From positions 1-64,000 of the forward strand of contig CBFFSA010000008.1 in the NCBI GenBank assembly GCA_965644495.1: a DNA stretch of 64,000 nt, given 5' to 3'. How positions within the stretch are numbered: position 1 is the first letter of the stretch; the number at the start of each line of letters is the position of its first letter. The notes under the pieces were generated by a model. That model was not told where the DNA came from and searched no databases. It was given only the letters and a program-made list of their open reading frames with translations. The position numbers were made by a program, and so were the translations under genes. Origin of the DNA: Perkinsela sp. CCAP 1560/9. Its lineage: Eukaryota > Protista > Euglenozoa: Kinetoplastea. Below, piece by piece: positions 44,475 through 55,847 of the stretch.

Positions 44475-47400
44475 TGGAAATTGATAAAATTCGGGCGGAG
44501 GCGTCCGGACCCTTTGAATCTTTGCTTTTGATCCAGGACAAACTTCGAAGGGCCACGTTCAAGCGGGGAAACCTCTTTTTGCCTCCTCGGCAGAGAGAGG
44601 GAGTAGCTTTACTCCGGCCGCGGGCCCTGAGCCGGCTGGCTTTATCTTTATCTTCAGGGAAGCGCTTTGCTGTCGCGTGGTGTACTACGTATGATAAGTG
44701 TACGAGGCTATGGGAAGGGACGGTTATATCGTGTGGGAACGGGTCCAGCCTGATCAGATATGATGTAGCTAAGGATTGTCTTTTTCCATTCCCTCCGAAG
44801 GATTCCCGAATTTTAATTCAAGGCGGAAAAGTAGCAACTCTGAAGGTAAAGGTATATCGCAAAAGGTTTAGGAATCGCAAATGCTGCTCTCGGCGCGGCG
44901 TCCGAGAGCAGAAGCCCATGATATCAGCTATGAACGAGGGGTTGAATATCGGTACCTTAAATATTGACACGTTGAAGGTTAAAAGCGCTGATGTAAACGC
45001 TCTGCGGAAGTGTCTCAGATTGCAAAAGGTGGTTGTTTTTATGAAGAGCTGTAAGGCTCCTATCTTTGGATTGCAAGAAACTAGGCTCACTTTTGAAAGC
45101 AGCGAACCGATAGTTCATCGTAAACTCTATATTGAAGGCATTTGGCTACATGTATATCTTATGAGCGCAATAAATGGATATAATGGTATGGCATTTATTA
45201 GCCGCATGCAATTATTTGTTGAAAAGGTCTCTGACAGAATTATGAAAGGGACGGTTCGTTTTGGAAGCACAAAAGCAACGCTATTCAATGTTTATTCCCC
45301 CATTGCTTCTTCAAAACAAGATATTCAGGAGGATTTTAATAAGTCACTGTTTGACGCTTGGCACGAGTCTAATGCAGCACTAAAAATTATCTGTGGTGAC
45401 TTTAATGCTCCTCTACAGAATCCGTCGGGCCGAAAATGCTCGTCAAAGAGAGCTAAGGCTTTAAGAGAGTTTCTTGAGAGTTTGGGTGCGAAATCAGCCC
45501 ACGAGACCTGTACCTCGCCTCGGAAATGGACTTTTCGTTTTCCACCAACCAGAAAAAACCCAGACGGGAAGACAAAACAATTAGATCACATAGTTTTTAA
45601 TTCGCGCTTTTGTTCAGCTGTACGTTTACAACGAGTAATGATGGCCCCTTGTCCGACACCCCATTGTGCAGTCATTGTAAATTTCCAAATTCGTTGGAAA
45701 ACCAAGGCCAGAGAACAGGAGGATAGGCCATATTGGGGCTCTCTTAAAAATTCAGAAACAAGTCAAAAATTTAATGCAAGTGTCAAAGCAGCTATGCGTG
45801 CTCCATGTAAAAGATCCCAGAAAGAATCCGAAGAAACTAATCGATGGGGCAGATTCTCTTCCTCATTGATCGCTGCATCGAAAACTCTTCCAAAACTAGC
45901 TAGCAGCGTTGAGGAAAAGAAATCACCAAATACTCACAATCTCAACTTAGGGTCAATAATACGGCTCGCAAAAAACAAGGAAAAATTTAAGGTATGCGAA
46001 CAACGCTATTCAAATGAAATGAACGAATGTATTATTTCTGAATGCAACAATATCGAGAAAGATTTAAAGCGAAAACCTAAATCCGCTTTTAAAGCAATTA
46101 GAACCATGCTTGGAGAACATAAGAAGGACTTTCCCGTTTTCGGAGATTCTCCACAAAAAGGCTTGATAGCTGTACGAAATCATTTTCACAGTACAGACAC
46201 ACTCTCGATAGCCTCACAATCCTTTGCTTTTACGCCTTCTAGTAAGTGCAAGATTCCTATACTAGACGAAATGTTTACAAAAGTGGAATTAATGGATGCC
46301 ATTTCTAAGATGAAGTATGGAAAATGCCCTGGAGCTGACAATATTCCAGCAGAAGTTTTAAGATCCATCGTTCAAGAAGACGAGCTAGCCAGCATCCTCC
46401 TAGAAATTATGAATGAAATTTACCTCACAGGGGCATCTCCGGATTCATGGAAAACAATTCTTCAAATTCCGATACCTAAGAAGGGGAATCTTAGCGAAAT
46501 CATCAACTGGAGACCTGTTTGTATAGTGAATCACGTCGTAAAATTGCTTAACCGGATGGTGTTAACAAGGATACAACCTGCGGTAGAATCTATGCTGCGT
46601 CCTAATCAATTTGGATTTCGCCCCCATCACTCCACAAATGGGGCACAAGCGGTTTTTAATGAAATTTCGTCCAAGGCGATGAGGGGTAGTGGTGTGGTTG
46701 TCGGGTTTGTGGATTTTAAGCAAGCATTTCCATCGGTTACATGGCAGGCTATTCGAGCAGCTCTGCAAGCTTTTGGTATCCCTGAAAACCTAGAACGAGT
46801 CATAATGTCTATTTACACAGATTTACGAGCATATATCAGGACTCCATACGGAAACACTGAAGAATTTCCAATTTCAACGGGAACACTTCAGGGTGATGTT
46901 CTTGCCCCTTACATATTTATTATGGTTCTTGATCGCGTTCTTGAAACTGCAATTGATAAAAACTCATACGGCTTGGTCACGCACTCTACGGGAACGAAAA
47001 GTCGAGGTGAAAAAGCTATTAGAATTTCGGATGTAAATTATGCAGATGACATTGCTTTATTTGCGCATACAAAGCAGGAACTCGGAAATATGCTTGAAAA
47101 ATTAGCAGAAGTTGCAGGAAAAGTAAATTTAAAAATGAACATGGGAATAAATAAAACTGCATGGATGACAATCGGAAAATGTCCCGATACAAATGAGGAA
47201 CTTGTCTTGCCTTCCCTCGGTCTAATACCAAAAGTGAAGACATATAGGTACTTAGGTAATGCAACAAACCCCGAAGATAACTTATCAACCCCAAGGGACC
47301 GGATTAGACTTGGGTGGTATACTATGCACAGGCTGCGTCCAGTTTGGAACTCACCTCTTTCAATTCTTTGCCGCACTCGTATATTTCAAACTTTAGTTAT

Positions 47401-48742
47401 GCCAGTTATTTCCTATGGTTGTAGCACGTGGAAGATCTCGACCTCCGATTTACTGAAAATGGACACTGAAATTTCTAAAATGAGACGAATAGTGTGCTGC
47501 GTACATAAATCCTGGGACGGTCAACGAAGCATGCGTCTTGAATCATTGTATCAGGGAGAAAACAAGCTCAGTACAGTCTCTAAATGTCAGCGAGCAAGTT
47601 TAATAGGGCATTTAGTACGACATTCACCAGTTTTCTGTAATACAATGTCATGGCGCGATGAAGATTCCAGTAAAAATAGATCAGTCTCCGAATTATGCGC
47701 GGAAGATCTCAATTTAAGTACAGCAGAGATGCTGTATTATCCAGTAAGTCGAACGTCATGGGCAAAGAAAGTTGATCAACTTCGCGATCGGTTGGAGCCA
47801 AGACCTTCATACACACAGTTCAATAAATCTGGATGGGAAAGAAAAATTTCTGCAATCACTAACACAAAAGCGTCACAATTCGTAGAAGAAGGTCCCAAAC
47901 CATACGCTCGGCGTAAAGGTGAATTGCATATATATACAGATGGTTCTCTATCCACAAAGAAAGGTGCATCTGTAGGTGGGTCTGGGTTTTATATTTTGGG
48001 ACAAGGTTTTGATCAAGTCATGGTAAGCAAAAAGCCCCCGGAAGATATTGAAAGTACAATTACAGCGGTTGAACTTTATGCGGTGATTGAGGCACTTCAA
48101 TTTTCCCAAGATTATGGAACAGACATCGTTGTACACACAGATTCGCATTACATATGGGAATTTTTTCACATCCACAGGCACCGCAATAGATTGATAGGGT
48201 TTAGTGACTTTCAAAATCCAGAAATCCTACGAAAGCTGTGCAACATTTGTATCAAAATTGAATCAGGATCGAAAAATTTGTTTTGCGTAAAAGTTCGCGC
48301 CCACGAGGGGAACCCCCATAATGAAATAGCGGATTGGCTTTCCAAGGAAGCAGGAACACTTGATCACACCAACGCCGTCACTTATAGGCGATGCTCCGGA
48401 AATGTGATAGGGAAGAGACTAATTAGCACCCGTGAGGGTATTGACAATCACCCAGCAGGAAAGAGGAACCCCAATCCTTCAAAAGAAAAATATCCTCCAA
48501 AAGAAAAATTTCAAACTAAACGTGACAGCAAAATAAAAACAAAGGAATCATCTAAAAACGACGTGATGAATAATATTCCGAAACGAACGCGAAGCGAAGA
48601 TCCAGAACGTCTAAAACTTCAACGAAACAACAAGAACCAAAAGGCTCAGACAAATATAGACGGGAAAAGTGAAATTAAACCAAAGCTGCGAAGCCCACAA
48701 ACAAAAAGAAAGCATTCTACAGAACGCGTTTCACGTGACTAA
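44474..48742 (+). CDS. APE endonuclease-RT-RNase H polyprotein (RTE/Ingi-like), 1422 aa
   Basis: LQET, VYSP, GDFNA, LDHI; QGDVLAP, YADD; YTDGS, HTDS, GNPHNEIAD. Confidence 0.93.
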   Translation: MEIDKIRAEASGPFESLLLIQDKLRRATFKRGNLFLPPRQREGVALLRPRALSRLALSLSSGKRFAVAWCTTYDKCTRLWEGTVISCGNGSSLIRYDVAKDCLFPFPPKDSRILIQGGKVATLKVKVYRKRFRNRKCCSRRGVREQKPMISAMNEGLNIGTLNIDTLKVKSADVNALRKCLRLQKVVVFMKSCKAPIFGLQETRLTFESSEPIVHRKLYIEGIWLHVYLMSAINGYNGMAFISRMQLFVEKVSDRIMKGTVRFGSTKATLFNVYSPIASSKQDIQEDFNKSLFDAWHESNAALKIICGDFNAPLQNPSGRKCSSKRAKALREFLESLGAKSAHETCTSPRKWTFRFPPTRKNPDGKTKQLDHIVFNSRFCSAVRLQRVMMAPCPTPHCAVIVNFQIRWKTKAREQEDRPYWGSLKNSETSQKFNASVKAAMRAPCKRSQKESEETNRWGRFSSSLIAASKTLPKLASSVEEKKSPNTHNLNLGSIIRLAKNKEKFKVCEQRYSNEMNECIISECNNIEKDLKRKPKSAFKAIRTMLGEHKKDFPVFGDSPQKGLIAVRNHFHSTDTLSIASQSFAFTPSSKCKIPILDEMFTKVELMDAISKMKYGKCPGADNIPAEVLRSIVQEDELASILLEIMNEIYLTGASPDSWKTILQIPIPKKGNLSEIINWRPVCIVNHVVKLLNRMVLTRIQPAVESMLRPNQFGFRPHHSTNGAQAVFNEISSKAMRGSGVVVGFVDFKQAFPSVTWQAIRAALQAFGIPENLERVIMSIYTDLRAYIRTPYGNTEEFPISTGTLQGDVLAPYIFIMVLDRVLETAIDKNSYGLVTHSTGTKSRGEKAIRISDVNYADDIALFAHTKQELGNMLEKLAEVAGKVNLKMNMGINKTAWMTIGKCPDTNEELVLPSLGLIPKVKTYRYLGNATNPEDNLSTPRDRIRLGWYTMHRLRPVWNSPLSILCRTRIFQTLVMPVISYGCSTWKISTSDLLKMDTEISKMRRIVCCVHKSWDGQRSMRLESLYQGENKLSTVSKCQRASLIGHLVRHSPVFCNTMSWRDEDSSKNRSVSELCAEDLNLSTAEMLYYPVSRTSWAKKVDQLRDRLEPRPSYTQFNKSGWERKISAITNTKASQFVEEGPKPYARRKGELHIYTDGSLSTKKGASVGGSGFYILGQGFDQVMVSKKPPEDIESTITAVELYAVIEALQFSQDYGTDIVVHTDSHYIWEFFHIHRHRNRLIGFSDFQNPEILRKLCNICIKIESGSKNLFCVKVRAHEGNPHNEIADWLSKEAGTLDHTNAVTYRRCSGNVIGKRLISTREGIDNHPAGKRNPNPSKEKYPPKEKFQTKRDSKIKTKESSKNDVMNNIPKRTRSEDPERLKLQRNNKNQKAQTNIDGKSEIKPKLRSPQTKRKHSTERVSRD

Positions 48743-51700
48743 TGGTATTTGAAATCTTGTGAAATATATTCCCCCCCCCATAATTTCAAATTTTGAGTAG
48801 CAATTTTGTAGCCCGGACAAGGCGAGCAGTTCTTATTCATGTTTTTTCTGTCAGGTTGTTTTTATTCTTATTACTATATTTATTATTTATTGTAGATATA
48901 TAAGGTTATAAGTTTTATGTTCATATTTATATGTTAGTTGTATTGTTTTATTTTAGCGCTCAAGTAGTTGATACCTTCAATTTGCGTTGAACTCTAGGGG
49001 CGTTGGTGGTTCCATTTCCTGGTTTATTGTAATGAAAAGACTCATCATTATGCGAGGACTCATTAAAACAAACATTAAATTTGAGATATGGCAAACAGTT
49101 GTGTGGTCAGTGTTTTTAATCTAAGGTGTGAAGATGTTTAAGGGAAAATATTAACCCCTTAACTGATTATATCAGTGTTGTTGTTGTTGTTGTTGTTGTT
49201 GAGGTGTTAAAAGATCTTCTTCTACGGAAGATGGAAAAACACAAATGCCTCTTCCGTCGACTCCTGCTCATGGGTCCAAGCAATCTCTCCCTCGCAATTC
49301 TACGTCGATGCACGATTCCGCGACAAGATTATCATCTGCGAGTTCATCGTCCGGAAGCAACCACGCGGCTAGCCGAAACCTTCGAAGACCACGTTCAACA
49401 AGTTCTTAAGAAATGGTGCGGAGCTGACACACAAGCCTTGCAACTAGCGGTCCTTCCTCAGAAACTAGGCGGCCTAGGATTGATCTCTTCGACTTTGAAG
49501 CAGAAATACTACTTTGAAACTGCTAGGAAATCTATTGTTGAGCACCCAAAACCCAATAACGCTCCAGTAGGTATAAAAGGTGGAGATAAAGTACACGCCA
49601 ACGGACAAAGTCGTAGTGAAGTCGCCCAGAAGCTTCTGAAAAAGAAGATGAAAGAGGAACACGAAAAGAAGGCTTGCGAGCTACGGAAGAATTCGCAATT
49701 GGAGCTTGTAATGAAACGCACTATGGAGAACAACTTGCATCTCGAAAGCACGAGCAATTATATCAATCCTTATTTATTTCGATACACACTCATGATGCGG
49801 TTAGGAATCAGTTTACCTCAAGCTCCTGCCAAAGTCACATGCCCTGGATGCTGCACCCAAGAATCCCCATCCAGTATCATTCCACATGTTGCAGGCTGCT
49901 CTCGTTGCTCTGGTATGAACTGCACACGCAAACATTCCCACATCGTCCGCTACCTATCAGAGTTATGTTCCAAAGCAGGTCTTCCGAACGTCACTGAACC
50001 GCGCATTCACTCCTCATATTACTGCACCAAATGTAAATGCTCCATCGCCGCCGACGTAGCCGAACAGCATCCATGTAAAGCACGCCGTATCCGCTCGGGA
50101 CCTGATCTCGCCATCATGTGGCCACACATGGGGGAAGTGCTCTATGACTTCACGGTGGTGCACACCTGTTGCAACAGTTACGCGAAACAGACCAGTTCAG
50201 CACTCATACAACAAGCGATCGATCGAAAAATCAAGAAATATGTCTCCGAAAAGGGTGTCGATAGTGAATACTTCCGTTGTCTGGCCACCTCAGACTGTGG
50301 CCTTCTACACAATGACACCAAGGCACTTTTGAAGGCAATAGCGCAGCGCGCAAAAATGAACTACGACAATGTACGACAGGGATTTCAACTTGAGATTGAA
50401 AAGATGTCCGCATACACGGTGGTATCTCAACTACGTGAGTACATTCCGAAGGATAACTGGATAGGTGGACTTCGCTTCTAGAAGGTCACTAAGTGTGTTC
50501 GCATACTCTCCCTCCCCCAGTCTTCTCTCACTTTGCTTCTTCTTTCACTTTGCTTCTTCCACCTAGTTGCTTGCTCTTTCCCAGCCAAAGACGATGCGCT
50601 AGCCGAGCTACTCCCATCCTCCTCTTCCTCCTAATACGCAGATCAGAATATTAGGTTCCTTTATAATATGTAAACTTGTGTAAAATAGTGATTGTATTTC
50701 ATATGTATACCGCAGACTCCCCCTTCAAAAGCGTATGAATGCCGCAGGCATGAGGAAGATTATAAGGAAAAAAAAAAAAAAAAAAAAAAAAAAAAGAATC
50801 TTTATCTTTATCTTTAAAGATAAAGAATCTTTATCTTTAACGATAAAGATACAGTTTCTGTACCTTGTTGAATTTTTTTTTACGTAGTATTCTCTCGGGG
50901 CCCAGCTCTTTTATGACGCAAACCAATACTCCTCAGAGCCCCGCACGCTCGAACGAGGACCACTCCTCATTCCATATGAGTGCAAAGGAAGGAGCTCTCA
51001 GCGTAGGCGCTCTCGCCGACGAAGAACGTGCGCACTCTCTCGGCAGTTGGGACCAATTCCAAGGAAACAAGCATTTGATTCGCGCTGTCAGCACATACGA
51101 CGAACAACTCTACACTACACCAATCCCGGCGAATATTCCTAAGGAATGGTTGGAACGCGCACGTCACATCTCCCAGGAAAAGGAAACCCCAGACACGGGC
51201 CACGTAGAGGCCGAAGACGAGGAGATGCAGCACTGTGGGGTGAGAAGGCAGAAAATTACTCACGAGGCTACACCCACATCAAAGATCCCCGATGAAGCTC
51301 GGACGCTCAAATCCGCAGTGAAGGATGCTCTTTCCCACCAAGGTCGAAACACTTCCCCATCGAAAGGAGTGACCAAAGCGGACTCGCGCTCGTCAAGGCG
51401 AACACCGGAGCCCCGGACATATTTCTCTTCACCGCGACACGCCGCAAACCAAAATAACTTCGCTGAAAAGACACAAACAAGAGAAGAGACTCGGGAATGT
51501 CCGGCCATGGGATGCACTTGGAGAAGTCTGCCGCACGGAGGGTCTTGGCAAGCGTTTTATAACCACGTCGCGTGTCGCCACGGAAACGGAGTTCCCGCTA
51601 CCTGGTGGGATGCAGAAGGCCGATTTCTTTGCAACTTATGCGGGCGCCATTATGACATCAACAAAAGGGAAGCTCATCCACAAGCCTGCAAAGGGAACGT

Positions 51701-52829
51701 TGCGAACCCCCAAATCCCATCGCGCGCAGCACACTCGAGCGACCCAAGCCACCTTCCGGGGACTCAAACTCATCACTCTGAACTTCCCTCGCTATCCTCT
51801 ATCTGCACGCTGCGCCTGAACACTTGCAAGGACGTGCCTCCACGTTGCCGTCAACTGTGGGGAGAAATTATCACCAAAGCAGCCCAAAACGCAGTCACCG
51901 AAAACTCTACAGCCGCGTGGACCCTATTCGCCATGCTCCCCAAGTGCTTACTACCCGCCCCACACCGAGGAGGACGTAAGAACCACACAACTTACGCATC
52001 ATACGTCCAGAAGTGCATGAACCGATGGCTCGCGCAAGATTATGTCTCCCTATGGAATGAAGCAGTAGACAACGCACTCAAGAAACAATCTGTAGCCCCT
52101 ACAACCGTTCACGACGAAGAGGAAAAGGCAGCTATCCGAGCAGAGCTTCTAGCTCGACAAGGCGAGTACTCTAGGGGTATGGCTGCACTCACGGCGGATG
52201 CTATGGCGCCTGACGACGAAGACACACTCCTCAAACTTCAGAGCAAGCACCCGCCCCGACATCCAGACAGTGACATCATCGACTATACGCCTCCGCCCAC
52301 AGCGCCCCTAATAATGGATGAACCCGTGGTAGCGAAAACTATCAAGAGCTTTCACCGGGGTTCCTCGTCCGGAACCATGGGTTTACGACCCGAGCACTTG
52401 CAAGCTGTACTCCTGGCGCACGTAGATAACACCGTGAAACCCCTTACTGCCCTTAAAAACCTCGTGAATCATCTACTAGCCGGGAAAGCACCCCTAGAGG
52501 TACAACCATATTTTGCGGGAGCCAGACTTTGCGCGCTTGAAAAGGGCGAAAATGACGTCCGCCCCATAGCAGCGGGAGAAACGATACGTCGATTGGTAAG
52601 CAAAGCGGCTTGCAATGCAGTGAGGAGCAAAGCCAGGGAATTTTTTAAGGGACTACAGTTCGGCGTCGCGACACCGGCCGGTTCGGAACGAATAATTCAC
52701 ACTTGCCGGCACGCAATGACAATTCATACGGACAACCCCGACATGGTATTATGTAAAGTCGACCTAAGCAACGCATTCAACAACGTTAGCAGAGCAACTT
52801 TCTTGAAACTTGTAGCTTGTAACTGTTCT

Positions 52830-55800
52830 GATCAACCTTTTTATTAAGATCAACCTTTTTATTAAGATCAACCTTTTTATTAAGATCAACCTTTTTATTA
52901 AGATCAACCTTTTTATTAAGATCAACCTTTTTATTAAGATCAACCTTTTTATTAAGATCAACCTTTTTATTAAGATCAACCTTTTTATTAAGATCAACCT
53001 TTTTATTAAGATCAACCTTTTTATTAAGATCAACCTTTTTATTAAGATCAACCTTTTTATTAAGATCAACCTTTTTATTAAGATCAACCTTTTTATTAAG
53101 ATCAACCTTTTTATTAAGATCAACCTTTTTATTAAGATCAACCTTTTTATTAAGATCAACCTTTTTATTAAGATCAACCTTTTTATTAAGATCAACCTTT
53201 TTATTAAGATCAACCTTTTTATTAAGATCAACCTTTTTATTAAGATCAACCTTTTTATTAAGATCAACCTTTTTATTAAGATCAACCTTTTTATTAAGAT
53301 CAACCTTTTTATTAAGATCAACCTTTTTATTAAGATCAACCTTTTTATTAAGATCAACCTTTTTATTAAGATCAACCTTTTTATTAAGATCAACCTTTTT
53401 ATTAAGATCAACCTTTTTATTAAGATCAACCTTTTTATTAAGATCAACCTTTTTATTAAGATCAACCTTTTTATTAAGATCAACCTTTTTATTAAGATCA
53501 ACCTTTTTATTAAGATCAACCTTTTTATTAAGATCAACCTTTTTATAAAGATCAACCTTTTTATTAAGATCAACCTTTTTATTAAGATCAACCTTTTTAT
53601 TAAGATCAACCTTTTTATTAAGATCAACCTTTTTATTAAGATCAACCTTTTTATTAAGATCAACCTTTTTATTAAGATCAACCTTTTTATTAAGATCAAC
53701 CTTTTATTAAGATCAACCTTTTTATTAAGATCAACCTTTTTATTAAGATCAACCTTTTTATTAAGATCAACCTTTTTATTAAGATCAACCTTTTTATTAA
53801 GATCAACCTTTTTATTAAGATCAACCTTTTTATTAAGATCAACCTTTTTATTAAGATCAACCTTTTTATTAAGATCAACCTTTTTATTAAGATCAACCTT
53901 TTTATTAAGATCAACCTTTTTATTAAGATCAACCTTTTTATTAGATCAACCTTTTTATTAAGATCAACCTTTTTATTAAGATCAACCTTTTTATTAAGAT
54001 CAACCTTTTTATTAAGATCAACCTTTTTATTAAGATCAACCTTTTTATTAAGATCAACCTTTTTATTAAGATCAACCTTTTTATTAAGATCAACCTTTTT
54101 ATTAAGATCAACCTTTTTATTAAGATCAACCTTTTTATTAAGATCAACCTTTTTATTAAGATCAACCTTTTTATTAAGATCAACCTTTTTATTAAGATCA
54201 ACCTTTTTATTAAGATCAACCTTTTTATTAAGATCAACCTTTTTATTAAGATCAACCTTTTTATTAAGATCAACCTTTTTATTAAGATCAACCTTTTTAT
54301 TAAGATCAACCTTTTTATTAAGATCAACCTTTTTATTAAGATCAACCTTTTTATTAAGATCAACCTTTTTATTAAGATCAACCTTTTTATTAAGATCAAC
54401 CTTTTTATTAAGATCAACCTTTTTATTAAGATCAACCTTTTTATTAAGATCAACCTTTTTATTAAGATCAACCTTTTTATTAAGATCAACCTTTTTATTA
54501 AGATCAACCTTTTTATTAAGATCAACCTTTTTATTAAGATCAACCTTTTTATTAAGATCAACCTTTTTATTAAGATCAACCTTTTTATTAAGATCAACCT
54601 TTTTATTAAGATCAACCTTTTTATTAAGATCAACCTTTTTATTAAGATCAACCTTTTTATTAAGATCAACCTTTTTATTAAGATCAACCTTTTTATTAAG
54701 ATCAACCTTTTTATTAAGATCAACCTTTTTATTAAGATCAACCTTTTTATTAAGATCAACCTTTTTATTAAGATCAACCTTTTTATTAAGATCAACCTTT
54801 TTATTAAGATCAACCTTTTTATTAAGATCAACCTTTTTATTAAGATCAACCTTTTTATTAAGATCAACCTTTTTATTAAGATCAACCTTTTTATTAAGAT
54901 CAACCTTTTTATTAAGATCAACCTTTTTATTAAGATCAACCTTTTTATTAAGATCAACCTTTTTATTAAGATCAACCTTTTTATTAAGATCAACCTTTTT
55001 ATTAAGATCAACCTTTTTATTAAGATCAACCTTTTTATTAAGATCAACCTTTTTATTAAGATCAACCTTTTTATTAAGATCAACCTTTTTATTAAGATCA
55101 ACCTTTTTATTAAGATCAACCTTTTTATTAAGATCAACCTTTTTATTAAGATCAACCTTTTTATTAAGATCAACCTTTTTATTAAGATCAACCTTTTTAT
55201 TAAGATCAACCTTTTTATTAAGATCAACCTTTTTATTAAGATCAACCTTTTTATTAAGATCAACCTTTTTATTAAGATCAACCTTTTTATTAAGATCAAC
55301 CTTTTTATTAAGATCAACCTTTTTATTAAGATCAACCTTTTTATTAAGATCAACCTTTTTATTAAGATCAACCTTTTTATTAAGATCAACCTTTTTATTA
55401 AGATCAACCTTTTTATTAAGATCAACCTTTTTATTAAGATCAACCTTTTTATTAAGATCAACCTTTTTATTAAGATCAACCTTTTTATTAAGATCAACCT
55501 TTTTATTAAGATCAACCTTTTTATTAAGATCAACCTTTTTATTAAGATCAACCTTTTTATTAAGATCAACCTTTTTATTAAGATCAACCTTTTTATTAAG
55601 ATCAACCTTTTTATTAAGATCAACCTTTTTATTAAGATCAACCTTTTTATTAAGATCAACCTTTTTATTAAGATCAACCTTTTTATTAAGATCAACCTTT
55701 TTATTAAGATCAACCTTTTTATTAAGATCAACCTTTTTATTAAGATCAACCTTTTTATTAAGATCAACCTTTTTATTAAGATCAACCTTTTTATTAAGAT

Positions 55801-55833
55801 CAACCTTTTTATTAAGATCAACCTTTTTATTAA
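52830..55833 (+). repeat. 18-bp array (GATCAACCTTTTTATTAA), about 167 copies
   Basis: Read directly; only about 3 variant units. Confidence 0.98.
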
Positions 55834-55847
55834 TTTAATTTGATAAA

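Larger units (their letters stand above)
44386..49199 (+). mobile_element. APE-RT-RNaseH non-LTR element D with 5' 18-mer array and (GTT)n tail
   Basis: 13-bp TSD TGAGGTGTTAAAA at 44373-44385 and 49200-49212. Confidence 0.93.
42159..50795 (+). mobile_element. CRE family 3 element with partial SL (42159-42175); ORF 42202-44385 + 49213-50481, one stop at 42865
   Basis: GIRQGS, YQDD, CPGC, SGPDL; poly(A) 50768-50795. Confidence 0.9.

Noticed and set aside
44475-44560. L1Tc/ingi-type HDV-like ribozyme (77-nt signature)
   Set aside because: Could not fit the nested double pseudoknot by eye; needs a descriptor search
52830-55833. CRISPR array
   Set aside because: No spacers, no cas genes, eukaryotic context
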